This document shows, piece by piece, positions 1-10,217 of a DNA stretch of 64,000 nt. Position 1 is the stretch's first letter. Each line of letters begins with the position of its first letter. The translations under genes were made by a program, and so were the position numbers. The DNA is from an uncultured Candidatus Rokubacteria bacterium. Its GTDB lineage: Bacteria; Methylomirabilota; Methylomirabilia; Rokubacteriales; CSP1-6. The DNA lies in contig CAVWFS010000019.1 in assembly GCA_963754315.1 (NCBI GenBank), positions 736,001-800,000 of the forward strand, read 5' to 3'. Under the pieces are notes generated by a model. That model worked only from the letters and a program-made list of their open reading frames with translations, did not search any database and had not been told where the DNA came from.

Positions 1-30
1 CAGATGAACCACGGAAAGGAGCCTGGGTAA

Positions 31-1080
31 ATGAACGCGACCGAAGTCGCTCCCGTCCGGCTCAGCAGTCTCGCTCACGGGGGTGGATGCGGCTGTAAGC
101 TCGCACCGGCCGTGCTCGAACAGATCATCGCCAAGACCGCCGGTGTCGTGCCCCGCGGCTTGCTGGTAGGCATTGAAACGAGCGACGATGCTGCCGTCTA
201 CCAGATCAACGAGCGGCAGGCCATTGTGGCCACCACCGACTTCTTCATGCCCATCGTCGACGATCCCTTCGATTTCGGCGCTATCGCTGCCACCAATGCC
301 ATCTCGGACGTCTATGCGATGGGCGGCACCCCGCTCTTCGCTCTGGCCCTGGTTGGGATGCCCATCGACAAGCTCCCGGTGGAAACCATCCGCCGGATCC
401 TCGAAGGCGGTGAATCCGTATGTCAGCGCGTGGGCATCCCGATCGCGGGCGGCCATAGCATCGACTCCGTGGAGCCCATCTATGGGCTGGTAGCCATCGG
501 ACTCGTCGACCCAGCGCATCTCAAGCGCAACGCCGACGCCAGACCCGGTGATCGCATCATCCTCGGCAAGGCGCTCGGTGTCGGTATCTACAGCGCCGCC
601 CTCAAGCAAGATCGGATCACCGACACACAATATCGGGCCATGATTGCCAGCACGACCAAGCTCAACACGCCTGGAGCTCGACTGGCCCGGCTGCAGGGTG
701 TCCACGCCCTCACCGATGTGACCGGTTTCGGGCTGCTTGGCCATCTGCTCGAGGTGTGCAGGGGTTCAAAAGTGCATGCCAACATCCGGTGGAGCGCTGT
801 ACCGATGCTTCCCGAGGTGCTCGACCTAGCCGGTCGTGGCTACGTCACGGGTGCGTCGGGACGCAACTGGGCTGGATACGGATCACTGGTCGACCTCAAT
901 GGCCTCGGAAAGACCGAACAGGCCCTGCTGACCGATCCCCAGACGAGTGGAGGACTGCTGGCGACTTGCGCCCCGGACGCTGTGGACGAGGTGTTGCAGA
1001 TTTTCCGCTCTGAGGGTTTCGAACGCGCCACGGTGATCGGCGAGGTCGCGGTGGGCGCGCCTGGCGTCACGGTACTATGA
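31..1080 (+). CDS. selD: Selenide, water dikinase (selenophosphate synthetase), Cys-type active site
   Basis: N-terminal HGGGCGCK, plus DDAAVY, TTDFFMPIVDDPFDFGAIAATNAISDVYAMGG, DVTGFGLLGH and DPQTSGGLL motifs. Confidence 0.97.
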   Translation: MNATEVAPVRLSSLAHGGGCGCKLAPAVLEQIIAKTAGVVPRGLLVGIETSDDAAVYQINERQAIVATTDFFMPIVDDPFDFGAIAATNAISDVYAMGGTPLFALALVGMPIDKLPVETIRRILEGGESVCQRVGIPIAGGHSIDSVEPIYGLVAIGLVDPAHLKRNADARPGDRIILGKALGVGIYSAALKQDRITDTQYRAMIASTTKLNTPGARLARLQGVHALTDVTGFGLLGHLLEVCRGSKVHANIRWSAVPMLPEVLDLAGRGYVTGASGRNWAGYGSLVDLNGLGKTEQALLTDPQTSGGLLATCAPDAVDEVLQIFRSEGFERATVIGEVAVGAPGVTVL

Positions 1081-1128
1081 TCCAGGCCCTCTCCCCATCA
1101 CGGTCGAGACAGGAGTGATATCAGCGCC

Positions 1129-2355
1129 ATGAAGACGCTCAAGGAACTCATCGCCGAGGCCCGGGCTGCGGTCCCGGAAGAGGGGCCGAGCGACCTGCAG
1201 CGCCGCCTGACAGCCGGCGAGCCGGTCACCATCATCGACGTGCGCGATCCGGACGAGTATCGCGAGGGACACATCGAGCCTGCCACCAACATCAGTCGCG
1301 GTTTCCTCGAGTTCCGGATCGGTAGCGCGGTTGCGGATTCTGCGACCCCCATCGTCCTCTATTGCCAGACCGGACTTCGTTCCGTGCTGGCGGCCAAGGC
1401 CCTCCAGGATCTCGGCTACCGCAACGTGATCAACCTGCAGGGCGGCTTCCAGAAGTGGGCTCAGTCAGGACTCCCAGTGGTCAAAGACGTAGCCATGACC
1501 ACCGAGCAGATCCAGCGCTACAGCCGACACTTCTTGCTGAACCAGGTGGGGGAGAAGGGGCAGCGCAAGCTGCTTCGCTCAAAGACCTTGCTCATCGGCG
1601 CCGGCGGGCTCGGATCCCCGACGGCGCTCTATCTGGCCGCCGCCGGGGTGGGAACGCTCGGGCTCATGGATGGCGACAGCGTCGACATCACCAATCTGCA
1701 GCGCCAGATCTTGCACACCACCGCCGACATCGGCAAACCCAAGGTCGAGTCTGGGACGCGAACCTTGAAGGCGCTCAACCCGGACATGAATATCGTGTCC
1801 CTGCCCACGCGCATCACCGTGGACAACGTGATGGACATCATCCAGGACTACGACCTCGTCGTGGACGGCTCGGACAATTTCGAGACGCGCTACCTCGTGA
1901 ACGACGCCTGCTATCTGGCCGGCAAGACCAACGTCCACGGGTCGATCTTTCAGTTCGAGGGGATGGCCTCCGTCTTTGCTCCCAACCAGGGGCCGTGCTA
2001 TCGCTGCCTCTATCCGTCGCCACCCCCGCCGGGTCTCGTACCCTCCTGAAGCGAGGCTGGCGTCCTGGGCGTGCTCCCAGGAGTGATCGGATTGATCCAG
2101 GCCACCGAGGCCGTGAAGCTCCTGCTCGGAATCGGGGAGCCGCTGATCGGCCGACTCCTCACGTACGATGCGCTCGGCATGCGCTTCCGGGAAGTGCGCC
2201 TGCGCCGCGACCCCAAGTGCCCCCTGTGCGGGACGTCCCCCACCATCAAGGATCTGTCGATCCATCGGCCCGGGGGAGACGCATCCGCTGCGGAGGACAG
2301 GAACGGTACGGGCGAACCCGCTCTCGCCGGGACTCCCGCGCGGGCGGGGGGTTGA
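1129..2355 (+). CDS. moeB: Rhodanese-MoeB/ThiF (MoeZ-like) adenylyltransferase, probable selenoprotein (Sec307, TGA 2047-2049), 408 aa
   Basis: N-terminal rhodanese domain (DVRDPDEY, YCQTGLRS), then ThiF domain (RYSRH, GAGGLGSP, CYRC). ORFs 1129-2049 and 2071-2355 are in one frame; read-through gives PPPGLVPS-U-SEAGVLGVLPGVIG...DPKCPLCG, matching the family motif PSCxEAGVLG and supplying the second Zn CxxC. Confidence 0.9.
2050..2085 (+). promoter_or_regulatory. Putative bacterial SECIS hairpin of moeB
   Basis: Perfect stem TCCTGGG (2063-2069) / CCCAGGA (2076-2082), loop CGTGCT; loop G lies 22 nt after the TGA. Confidence 0.7.
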
Positions 2356-2369
2356 GGGGAGGACCTGAC

Positions 2370-2870
2370 GTGACACGCCACGCCAGCGCCGATCTTTCGC
2401 CACAGCTGGTCGAACGATTGTCGCAGGGCGACCTGAGAAAGCGCCTCGGAGTGGTGTTGCCTTTCGTGACCGTGGACGGCGATGGGTTTGCGCATCCGAT
2501 GCTGCTCTCCTATCTGGAGGTGCGCGCCTACGATGCTGGAACTCTCGGGCTCGTCATCCAGCGGCGTAGCGCGAGCGCACGCAACCTGGCCCAGCGTGGG
2601 ACGGGGACGTTGCTGGTAGTCGAGCCGGACATGACCGTGTACGTGAAGACCCGCCTCGTCGACGGGCCCCAGGATGTCCCGGGCGGCGAGGAGTTCGGGC
2701 TCGGCTACTTCCTACTTGGTGTGGAGGGCGTGCTGGAAGATGCGCCGACTGACTGGGAGGCGGGCATGGGCATCACAGCTGCCTCGCAGTATCGACCCCT
2801 CCCCACGCTTGGTGAGCCCTGGGCGCTGGCCACGCTCGCCGCCCTGGCGACGCCCCGCGCCCGCGCGTAG
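2370..2870 (+). CDS. Pyridoxamine 5'-phosphate oxidase-like (FMN-binding split barrel) protein
   Basis: GTG start after GGAGG; TVDGDGFAHPMLLS...SARNL...TLLVV pattern typical of the PNPOx-like family. Confidence 0.65.
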   Translation: MTRHASADLSPQLVERLSQGDLRKRLGVVLPFVTVDGDGFAHPMLLSYLEVRAYDAGTLGLVIQRRSASARNLAQRGTGTLLVVEPDMTVYVKTRLVDGPQDVPGGEEFGLGYFLLGVEGVLEDAPTDWEAGMGITAASQYRPLPTLGEPWALATLAALATPRARA

Positions 2871-2881
2871 TCGTTTGCCAC

Positions 2882-2963
2882 ATGGGGGGCCCCGACATGG
2901 CCCCCCATACCCCCCAAACGCTCGGACCCGCCCCGGGGAACCCGGGGCGGGCCTCGATCACAC
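2882..2963. repeat. GC-rich double-hairpin palindromic repeat (REP/RPE-like), copy 1
   Basis: Perfect stems ATGGGGGGCC/GGCCCCCCAT (2882-2908) and CCCGCCCCGGG/CCCGGGGCGGG (2927-2951), between convergent genes; homologous to 15954-16072 (reverse complement) and 54401-54480. Confidence 0.85.
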
Positions 2964-2967
2964 GGGG

Positions 2968-4044
<1,077 letters not shown>

Positions 4045-4085
4045 GCGATACCTCCCGTTCACAGATCCTTCAGTATAGCGCGCCC

Positions 4086-4610
4086 TCAGCGACTCACCTC
4101 GCGCACGAGATGTGGCAGCTCAGGGATGAGGAGTTTCTCTAGCGCCAACCGGCAGGCGTTGGGGGACCCCGGCAGGGAAACGACGATACGCCGGGAATGG
4201 ATCCCCATCTGGGCACGGGAGAGCATGGCGGCTGCCCCCACCTCCTGATAGGAGAGCATCCGGAACAGCTCGCCGAACCCGGGCAGTCGCTTCTCGAGGA
4301 GCGCCTCCACCGCTTCGAAGGTTGAATCACGCGAGGTGATTCCGGTACCCCCGGTGAGGATCACTGCGTTCACCTCGGGATGCCGGCAGGCCTCCCGGAC
4401 TGTTCGTTGCACGTCGACGGGTTCGTCCCGGACGATGGCGCTAGCGATCACAGGATGCCCAGCCGCCGCCAGCAGCTCGCGGATCAAGGCTCCGCTGGTG
4501 TCGGTTTCTAGTGTCTTCGTGTCGGAGATCGTCAGCACGAAACAACCCACGGTGGACGGCGCAGTAGCCTTGTGCTCGCGGGGCGTCCCGGCTGCGTCGT
4601 GGGGGCTCAC
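4086..4610 (-). CDS. moaB: Molybdenum cofactor biosynthesis protein MoaB/MogA
   Basis: VLTISD...DTSG, TGGTGITSRD, LPGFGELFR and SLPGSP motifs; GTG start overlaps the upstream stop. Confidence 0.9.
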   Translation of the reverse strand: MSPHDAAGTPREHKATAPSTVGCFVLTISDTKTLETDTSGALIRELLAAAGHPVIASAIVRDEPVDVQRTVREACRHPEVNAVILTGGTGITSRDSTFEAVEALLEKRLPGFGELFRMLSYQEVGAAAMLSRAQMGIHSRRIVVSLPGSPNACRLALEKLLIPELPHLVREVSR

Positions 4611-5927
4611 CGACCGGTGCCGTAAGCGCGGTCCAGCAACTCGACGATGTGCATCACGCGGATGGGCGAGCCGCGCGCGCGTAACCCTTTCTCGATCTGC
4701 AAGATGCAGCCCGGGTTCGCCGTCACCACGGCTTCGGCCCCGGTGGCGAGGACGTGGTCGACCTTGCGCCGGAGCAGACGGTCGGCCATCTCGGGCTCGG
4801 TGAGGTTGTAGATGCCGGCCGAGCCGCAGCACCAATCGGACTCGACCAGAGGAACCACCTTCAACGAGGGAACCTGCGCCAGGAGCTGGCGCGGCTGAGT
4901 CCTTATCTTCTGGCCGTGTACCACGTGACACGGATCGTGGTAGGCGACGGTCATCGGAACCGGTTCAAGCGGCCCGCTCAGGGGCGCTCGGGCCAGGAAC
5001 TCGGAGATGTCTTGCACGCTCGCGGCGAAATGCCGGGCACGCTCCGCGTACGCAGGATCGTTCTCGAGCAGGGCACCGTACGCTTTCATGTGGGCGCCAC
5101 ACCCCGAGGTGTTCACCACCACGGCGTCCACGCGTTGCCCCTGGAAGACGTCAATCGTGCGTCGAGCCAGCTCGAGCGCCCGCCCGTGGTCGCCTCCGTG
5201 AGCGTTCAGAGCTCCGCAGCATCCCTGGGTGGGCGGCACGACAACCTCAACGCCGTTCCGTGCCAAGACTCTGGCCGTGGCGCGATTGTGCGGGCCGAAG
5301 ACTACGGACTGGACACACCCCGTGAGCAACGCAACGCGAGCGCGACGCGCCCCTACCGGCCGGGATCAACGGGGGTAGCGAAGCTCGATCGGCCGCCGCG
5401 GGAATGGTCGGCGTCAGGGCCTCCCAGGCCGGCAAGGTGCCCGGAAGCAGACGAACCAGCCCGGTGGCCCTGGCCAGCGCCTGCATCCCGGTCGCCTGGT
5501 AGAAGCGAAGCCCGGCCGCGGCGGCCCGCAACAGCGTAGGCCGGCCGAGCAACAAGCCGAAATTGAGGGTCCGGAACAACCGACGCACGAGCCCACCCGG
5601 CCGCTGGTGCTCGATCTCGGCTTTGGCCGCCTCGATCAGGCGGCCATAGGGCACGCCGGCGGGACAGACGGTCTCGCATGCGCGGCAGTCGAGGCACAGC
5701 GACAGATGGCGCACGGTGGAGTCGGACAGTGCGATGCGTCCCTCGGCAAGCGATTTGATCAGAAAGATGCGGCCGCGGGGCGAGTCCATCTCGGTTCCGA
5801 GCTCCGAGAAGGTCGGGCAGTAAGCGAGACAAAGCCCGCAGTGCACGCACTGGTTGACACCCTCGACCGACATACCTCGAAGGGAGAGCGGCGCGGCCCG
5901 AGTCGGAGGATCGGCAGCCACGTGCAC
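4607..5927 (-). CDS. glcF: Glycolate oxidase Fe-S subunit; one +1 frameshift near 5357 (probable sequencing error)
   Basis: CVHCGLCLAYCP and CLDCRACETVCP ferredoxin motifs in one frame; CCG domains (GCCGAL, YHDPCH, WCCGSAG, ANPGC) in the other. Removing one G gives IPAVGARRARVALLTGC. Confidence 0.85.
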
Positions 5928-5944
5928 GGTCTCGGTCGTCCCCT

Positions 5945-7258
5945 TCAGATGCCGGCCACGAAGCGGCCGGGGTTGAGGATGCCCTTGGGATCGAGCTGGG
6001 CCTTGATACGCTGCATGACCCGACCCGCTGCCCCGAGGTCGTCCCATACCGGGGTCTCGGCCTTCACGGCCAACGGCGCCCATTCGAGCGTCGCGTGTCC
6101 TCCGCCAGAGCGCGCCAGGCCGCGCCATTCCGCCAGGACCGTCGCGACCGCCTTCAGCTCGGGTCGATCGCTGGGTGAAACGAGCGCCGCGGTGACCACA
6201 CCCACTCCCGCATGGGACGTCCACGCCGCCTGGAGTCCTCGCTGCCGCGCCGCGCCCGCGCCGTGCTCCATCAACTCGGTGACCAGGGCGGGAAGCACGC
6301 TAAAGCGCGCAATGGCCACCAGGCCCCTGCTCGACATCCAGGTGGGCTCGGGCCTGAGAACCGCCGAGTCTGGAAGAGGAACCACACCGTGACCGCCGAG
6401 GGGCGTGGTGACGGCAGCCAACTCGGTGCATTGCCAATCGACCTGCTCCGGCAAACCGTCGAAGGCAACGAGCAGGGTGGGCGCGCCCTCGAGGCCGAGG
6501 GCACGACTGGCCTCGGCATCGAGCAACTCGATCGCGGTGGCGATGAGATCGGCTCCCATGATCGCCCGCACGGCCACCCCTGCATCCTTCAGGTGATCGA
6601 ATCGAACACGAACCCAACGCTCCGTGTCCGGCAGAGGACGGAGCCGCACGGTCAGCTCGACGATCACGCCGAGCGTTCCGTACGAGCCCACGAATAGCTT
6701 CGGCAAGTCATAGCCGGCAACGTTCTTGACGACCTTGCCGCCGCCGCGCACGAGAGCACCCTCGGCGGTCACGACGGTGACGCCGATGAGCTGATCGCGG
6801 GCGGTACCGTAGAGGTGCCGCCGTGGGCCCGATGCGTTCGCGGCGATGACACCTCCGAGGGTCGCTCGATCGGCATCGGGCGGATCGAGCGAGAGCCACT
6901 GCCCCCTCTCCTGCAGCGCCGTCTGAAGCCGCTTGACGGTCATGCCGGCCTGGACAGTCGCTGTCAGGTCGCCCGGCACGTGCTCCAGGAGCCGGTCCAG
7001 ACGGGCGAGCCCGAGAACGATCCCTGTGCGGGCAGGCGGCGTGCCGACGCCGACGGCCGTGCCGCCTCCCCAGGGCATCAACGGAGTTTCTGTCTCGGCG
7101 GCGAGCGCAACCACGCTCTGCACTTCGTCCACCGAGCCTGGAAAGACAGCGACGTCGGGTGTGCGGCCCTCCACCACGTACGAGGACAGTTCGATGCCGG
7201 TGAGGACGTGGGCTCCCCCGACAATGCCGCGAAGCTTATCGAGAATCGCCGGCTGCAC
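5945..7258 (-). CDS. glcE: Glycolate oxidase FAD-binding subunit
   Basis: GGKVVKNVAGYDLPKLFVGSYGTLG and C-terminal DPKGILNPGRF; lies between glcD and glcF. Confidence 0.85.
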   Translation of the reverse strand: MQPAILDKLRGIVGGAHVLTGIELSSYVVEGRTPDVAVFPGSVDEVQSVVALAAETETPLMPWGGGTAVGVGTPPARTGIVLGLARLDRLLEHVPGDLTATVQAGMTVKRLQTALQERGQWLSLDPPDADRATLGGVIAANASGPRRHLYGTARDQLIGVTVVTAEGALVRGGGKVVKNVAGYDLPKLFVGSYGTLGVIVELTVRLRPLPDTERWVRVRFDHLKDAGVAVRAIMGADLIATAIELLDAEASRALGLEGAPTLLVAFDGLPEQVDWQCTELAAVTTPLGGHGVVPLPDSAVLRPEPTWMSSRGLVAIARFSVLPALVTELMEHGAGAARQRGLQAAWTSHAGVGVVTAALVSPSDRPELKAVATVLAEWRGLARSGGGHATLEWAPLAVKAETPVWDDLGAAGRVMQRIKAQLDPKGILNPGRFVAGI

Positions 7259-7279
7259 GGAGCCGCAACCAGCCCGCGC

Positions 7280-8755
7280 CTAGAAGCGCTGGGCGAGACC
7301 CTTCTCTTCGATGGCGTGGGGCTTGTAGGCCACCGGTCCCACTTCGACGCAGGATTTCTTGGTGGGAAAGACCTTGCCGGGGTTGCAAAGCCCGCCGGGA
7401 TTGAAGGCACTCTTGAGACGCTGCATGAAGTCGAGATCCGTCGCCGAGAAGATGAAGGGCATGAAGTCGGCCTTCTCGAGCCCGATTCCATGCTCTCCGG
7501 AGATCGAACCACCGACTTCGGCGCACACGCGCATGATCTCGGCGCCCGCTTCCACCACCCGCGACTCCTCCCCGGGTTTGCGCGGATCGTAGAGGATATT
7601 CGGGTGCAGATTACCGTCCCCGGCGTGAAAGACGTTTCCCACTCGGAGCCCGTGCGCAGCCACGATCTCGTTCACGCGGCGCAAGACGTAGGGCAGCTTG
7701 GTCCGTGGGATCACTCCGTCCATCACCATGTAGGCGGGCGAGACGCGGCCATACGCGCCGAAGGCCGACTTGCGCCCCTTCCACAGCAGCTGGCGCTCGG
7801 CTTCGTCCTGGGCCGTGCGAACCTCGCGGGCCCCGGAGTCCCGACACGCTTGCACGATTCGCTCCGTCTGCGCCGCCATACCTACCGCGAGCCCGTCGAG
7901 CTCGATCAGGAGGGCAGCGGCCGCATCGCGGGGATAGCCGCAATCGAAGGCATCCTCCACGGCCTGGATCGTCAGCTGGTCGATCATCTCCATGGCGGCC
8001 GGCACCAGACCACGCGCGATGACGGCTGACACCGCCTCCGACGCCTGGTCGGCCTCGTCGAAGACGGCGAGCACCGTCTTCACCGCTTGAGGCTTCTTCA
8101 GGATCCGCACGACGACAGTGGTCGCGATCCCGAAGGTTCCTTCCGAGCCTACGAACAGACCGGCCAGGTCGTAGCCAGGCGCTTCGCGCGTCTTGCCTCC
8201 CAGCCACACCACTTCCCCATCCGGCATGACGACCTCGAGCCCCAGCACATGGTTGGTGGTGACGCCATACTTGAGGGTATGCGGGCCCCCAGAGTTCTCG
8301 GCGATATTGCCGCCGATGGTGCACGCCTGCTGGCTCGACGGATCGGGGGCGTAGTAATAGCCGCGCGGAGCCACCGCCCAGGACAGGTGCAGATTGACCA
8401 GCCCCGGCTGGACCACGGCGATCTGGTTCTCGTAGTCGACCTCGAGCACACGGTTCATTCGCATGAGGGAGATGACGATGCCTCCCTCGGTCGGCAGGCA
8501 CCCACCCGACAGCCCCGTTCCTGCCCCCCGCGCCACGAACGGCAGCGCCTCACGATTGGCCAGCTTGACGATAGCGGCCACCTGAGCCGTCTCGCGGGGA
8601 AAGACCACGAAATCAGCAAGGGCTCGAAACAGGGTCAGTCCGTCAGACTCGTACGTCAGGAGCTCGTCGGGGTCGGAGAGGACGCTCCCCTGCCCGACGA
8701 TACGCTCGAGCTCCTGCCGCAAGGAGACTCGACCCGTATCGGTCAAGGCGGTCAT
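7280..8755 (-). CDS. glcD: Glycolate oxidase FAD-linked subunit
   Basis: RGAGTGLSGG, YAPDPSSQQACTIGGN, HAGDGNLHP and SGEHGIG motifs. Confidence 0.9.
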   Translation of the reverse strand: MTALTDTGRVSLRQELERIVGQGSVLSDPDELLTYESDGLTLFRALADFVVFPRETAQVAAIVKLANREALPFVARGAGTGLSGGCLPTEGGIVISLMRMNRVLEVDYENQIAVVQPGLVNLHLSWAVAPRGYYYAPDPSSQQACTIGGNIAENSGGPHTLKYGVTTNHVLGLEVVMPDGEVVWLGGKTREAPGYDLAGLFVGSEGTFGIATTVVVRILKKPQAVKTVLAVFDEADQASEAVSAVIARGLVPAAMEMIDQLTIQAVEDAFDCGYPRDAAAALLIELDGLAVGMAAQTERIVQACRDSGAREVRTAQDEAERQLLWKGRKSAFGAYGRVSPAYMVMDGVIPRTKLPYVLRRVNEIVAAHGLRVGNVFHAGDGNLHPNILYDPRKPGEESRVVEAGAEIMRVCAEVGGSISGEHGIGLEKADFMPFIFSATDLDFMQRLKSAFNPGGLCNPGKVFPTKKSCVEVGPVAYKPHAIEEKGLAQRF

Positions 8756-8792
8756 GTGCTCGCAGTATACTCGCACGCCGAGGGGGAATGCC

Positions 8793-10085
8793 ATGCGTGA
8801 CTACCTGAAGAGGGCCGTCCAGCAGCCGCCCGAGTCGGACGAGGCCGTCCGTGCCGTCGTGGCCGAGGTGCTGGCTGCCGTTCGCCGGCAGGGGGACGTC
8901 GCCGTGCGACGCTATTCCGAGCAGTTCGACCGATGGGCACCCTCGAGCTTTCGCTTGTCCGGGGAGGACATGGAACGGTCGATGGCGGCTGTGAGCGCCG
9001 CCGATCGCGCCGAGATCGACTACTGCCGGGACCAGATCGCGACCTTCGCCCGACACCAGCGCGAGAGCATGGGTGAGTTCGAGGTCGAGCAACAACCTGG
9101 CATCGTCCTGGGACAGCGCCTGATCCCAGTCGATTCGGTGGGAGCGTACGTTCCGGGCGGCCGTTACCCGCTTGTCGCCTCCGCCCTCATGAGCATTACC
9201 ACAGCCAAGGTCGCCGGTGTGCGTCGGGTGATCGCCTGCTCGCCGCCGAGCCCTCAAGGGCCCGCGAACCCAGTCCGTGGCATCTATCCGGCCACCCTCT
9301 ATGCGATGGTGTCGGCTGGCGTCGACGAGGTCTTCTGCCTGGGTGGCGTACAGGCGCTGGCGGCGATGGCGTTCGGGACCGAGAGCCTTCCCAAGGTCGA
9401 TATGGTCGTCGGCCCCGGCAACCAGTATGTCGCCGAGGCCAAGCGCCAGATCTTTGGTGCGGTAGGTATCGACCTTCTCGCGGGCCCGACCGAGATCCTG
9501 GTGATTGCCGACGAGAGCGCCGACCCGGTCGTGGTCGCCTGTGACCTGCTCGGCCAGGCCGAGCACGGACCGACCTCGCCTGCGATCCTCGTCACAACCT
9601 CGATGTCGCTCGGGCAGGCGGTGCTGCTCGAGGTCGAGCGTCAGCTCCCCGCGCTGGCCACGCGCGAGGTCGCGGGCCAGGCGTGGCAGAACAATGGCGA
9701 GGTGATCGTGGTGGACAGCGACGAAGAGGCGGTCCGGGTCGCCGACGAGCACGCGCCCGAGCACCTTGAGATCCAGACGCGGCGTGACGAGTGGTACCTG
9801 TCGCAACTTCGCAACTACGGGTCACTGTTCGTGGGGGAAGCGGCGACCGTCGCCTACTCCGACAAGACTGTCGGCCCCAACCACATCCTCCCGACCGGCC
9901 GCGCGGCCCGCTACACGGGTGGGCTGTGGGTGGGAAAGTTCATCAAGACCGTGACGTATCAGCGCCTGACCCCCGCCGCCAGCGCGAAAGTGGCACCCAC
10001 AGTGGCCCGCATTTGCGAGATCGAAGGCATGATGGCCCACAAGGCCACGGCCGACCTGCGCGAGCGCCGCTATTCGGGTCGATAG
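8793..10085 (+). CDS. Histidinol dehydrogenase-family protein (HpsN-like HisD paralog)
   Basis: YVPGGRYPL, GPGNQYVAEAKR, AGPTE, QAEH, APEHLE and NHILPT motifs; catabolic context rather than a his operon. Confidence 0.85.
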   Translation: MRDYLKRAVQQPPESDEAVRAVVAEVLAAVRRQGDVAVRRYSEQFDRWAPSSFRLSGEDMERSMAAVSAADRAEIDYCRDQIATFARHQRESMGEFEVEQQPGIVLGQRLIPVDSVGAYVPGGRYPLVASALMSITTAKVAGVRRVIACSPPSPQGPANPVRGIYPATLYAMVSAGVDEVFCLGGVQALAAMAFGTESLPKVDMVVGPGNQYVAEAKRQIFGAVGIDLLAGPTEILVIADESADPVVVACDLLGQAEHGPTSPAILVTTSMSLGQAVLLEVERQLPALATREVAGQAWQNNGEVIVVDSDEEAVRVADEHAPEHLEIQTRRDEWYLSQLRNYGSLFVGEAATVAYSDKTVGPNHILPTGRAARYTGGLWVGKFIKTVTYQRLTPAASAKVAPTVARICEIEGMMAHKATADLRERRYSGR

Positions 10086-10090
10086 AAATC

Positions 10091-10109
10091 GGGGCCTCGA
10101 GGGCTCCCC
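10091..10109. repeat. Degenerate single-hairpin copy of the palindromic repeat
   Basis: GGGGCCTCGAGGGCTCCCC directly after the stop codon, similar to GGGGGGCCTCGAAAGGGCCCCCC at 54404. Confidence 0.5.
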
Positions 10110-10146
10110 TGCCTCCCTGCTCGGGGGGCTTCTGAGTCCCATGTAC

Positions 10147-10175
10147 TTGACGCGGGGCCGGAAGGCGTCGATAGT
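10147..10175 (+). promoter_or_regulatory. Putative sigma70 promoter of the ABC transporter operon
   Basis: TTGACG-N17-GATAGT upstream of a GAGGAGG RBS. Confidence 0.4.
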
Positions 10176-10217
10176 CCAGTCATACAAGCGGCAACCTCAT
10201 TGAGGAGGCTCCTCGCA

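Noticed and set aside
31..1080. SelD itself as a selenoprotein
   Set aside because: The active-site codons are TGC/TGT (GCGCK), with no in-frame TGA.
1129..2355. moeB, dsrE-like and peroxiredoxin genes as nonsense pseudogenes or split genes
   Set aside because: Three independent stops all fall on the conserved Cys and share hairpin spacing, which is unlikely by chance.
5340..5370. Programmed ribosomal frameshifting in glcF, tctA or recQ
   Set aside because: No shared slippery sequence, and the pattern is better explained by sequencing insertions.
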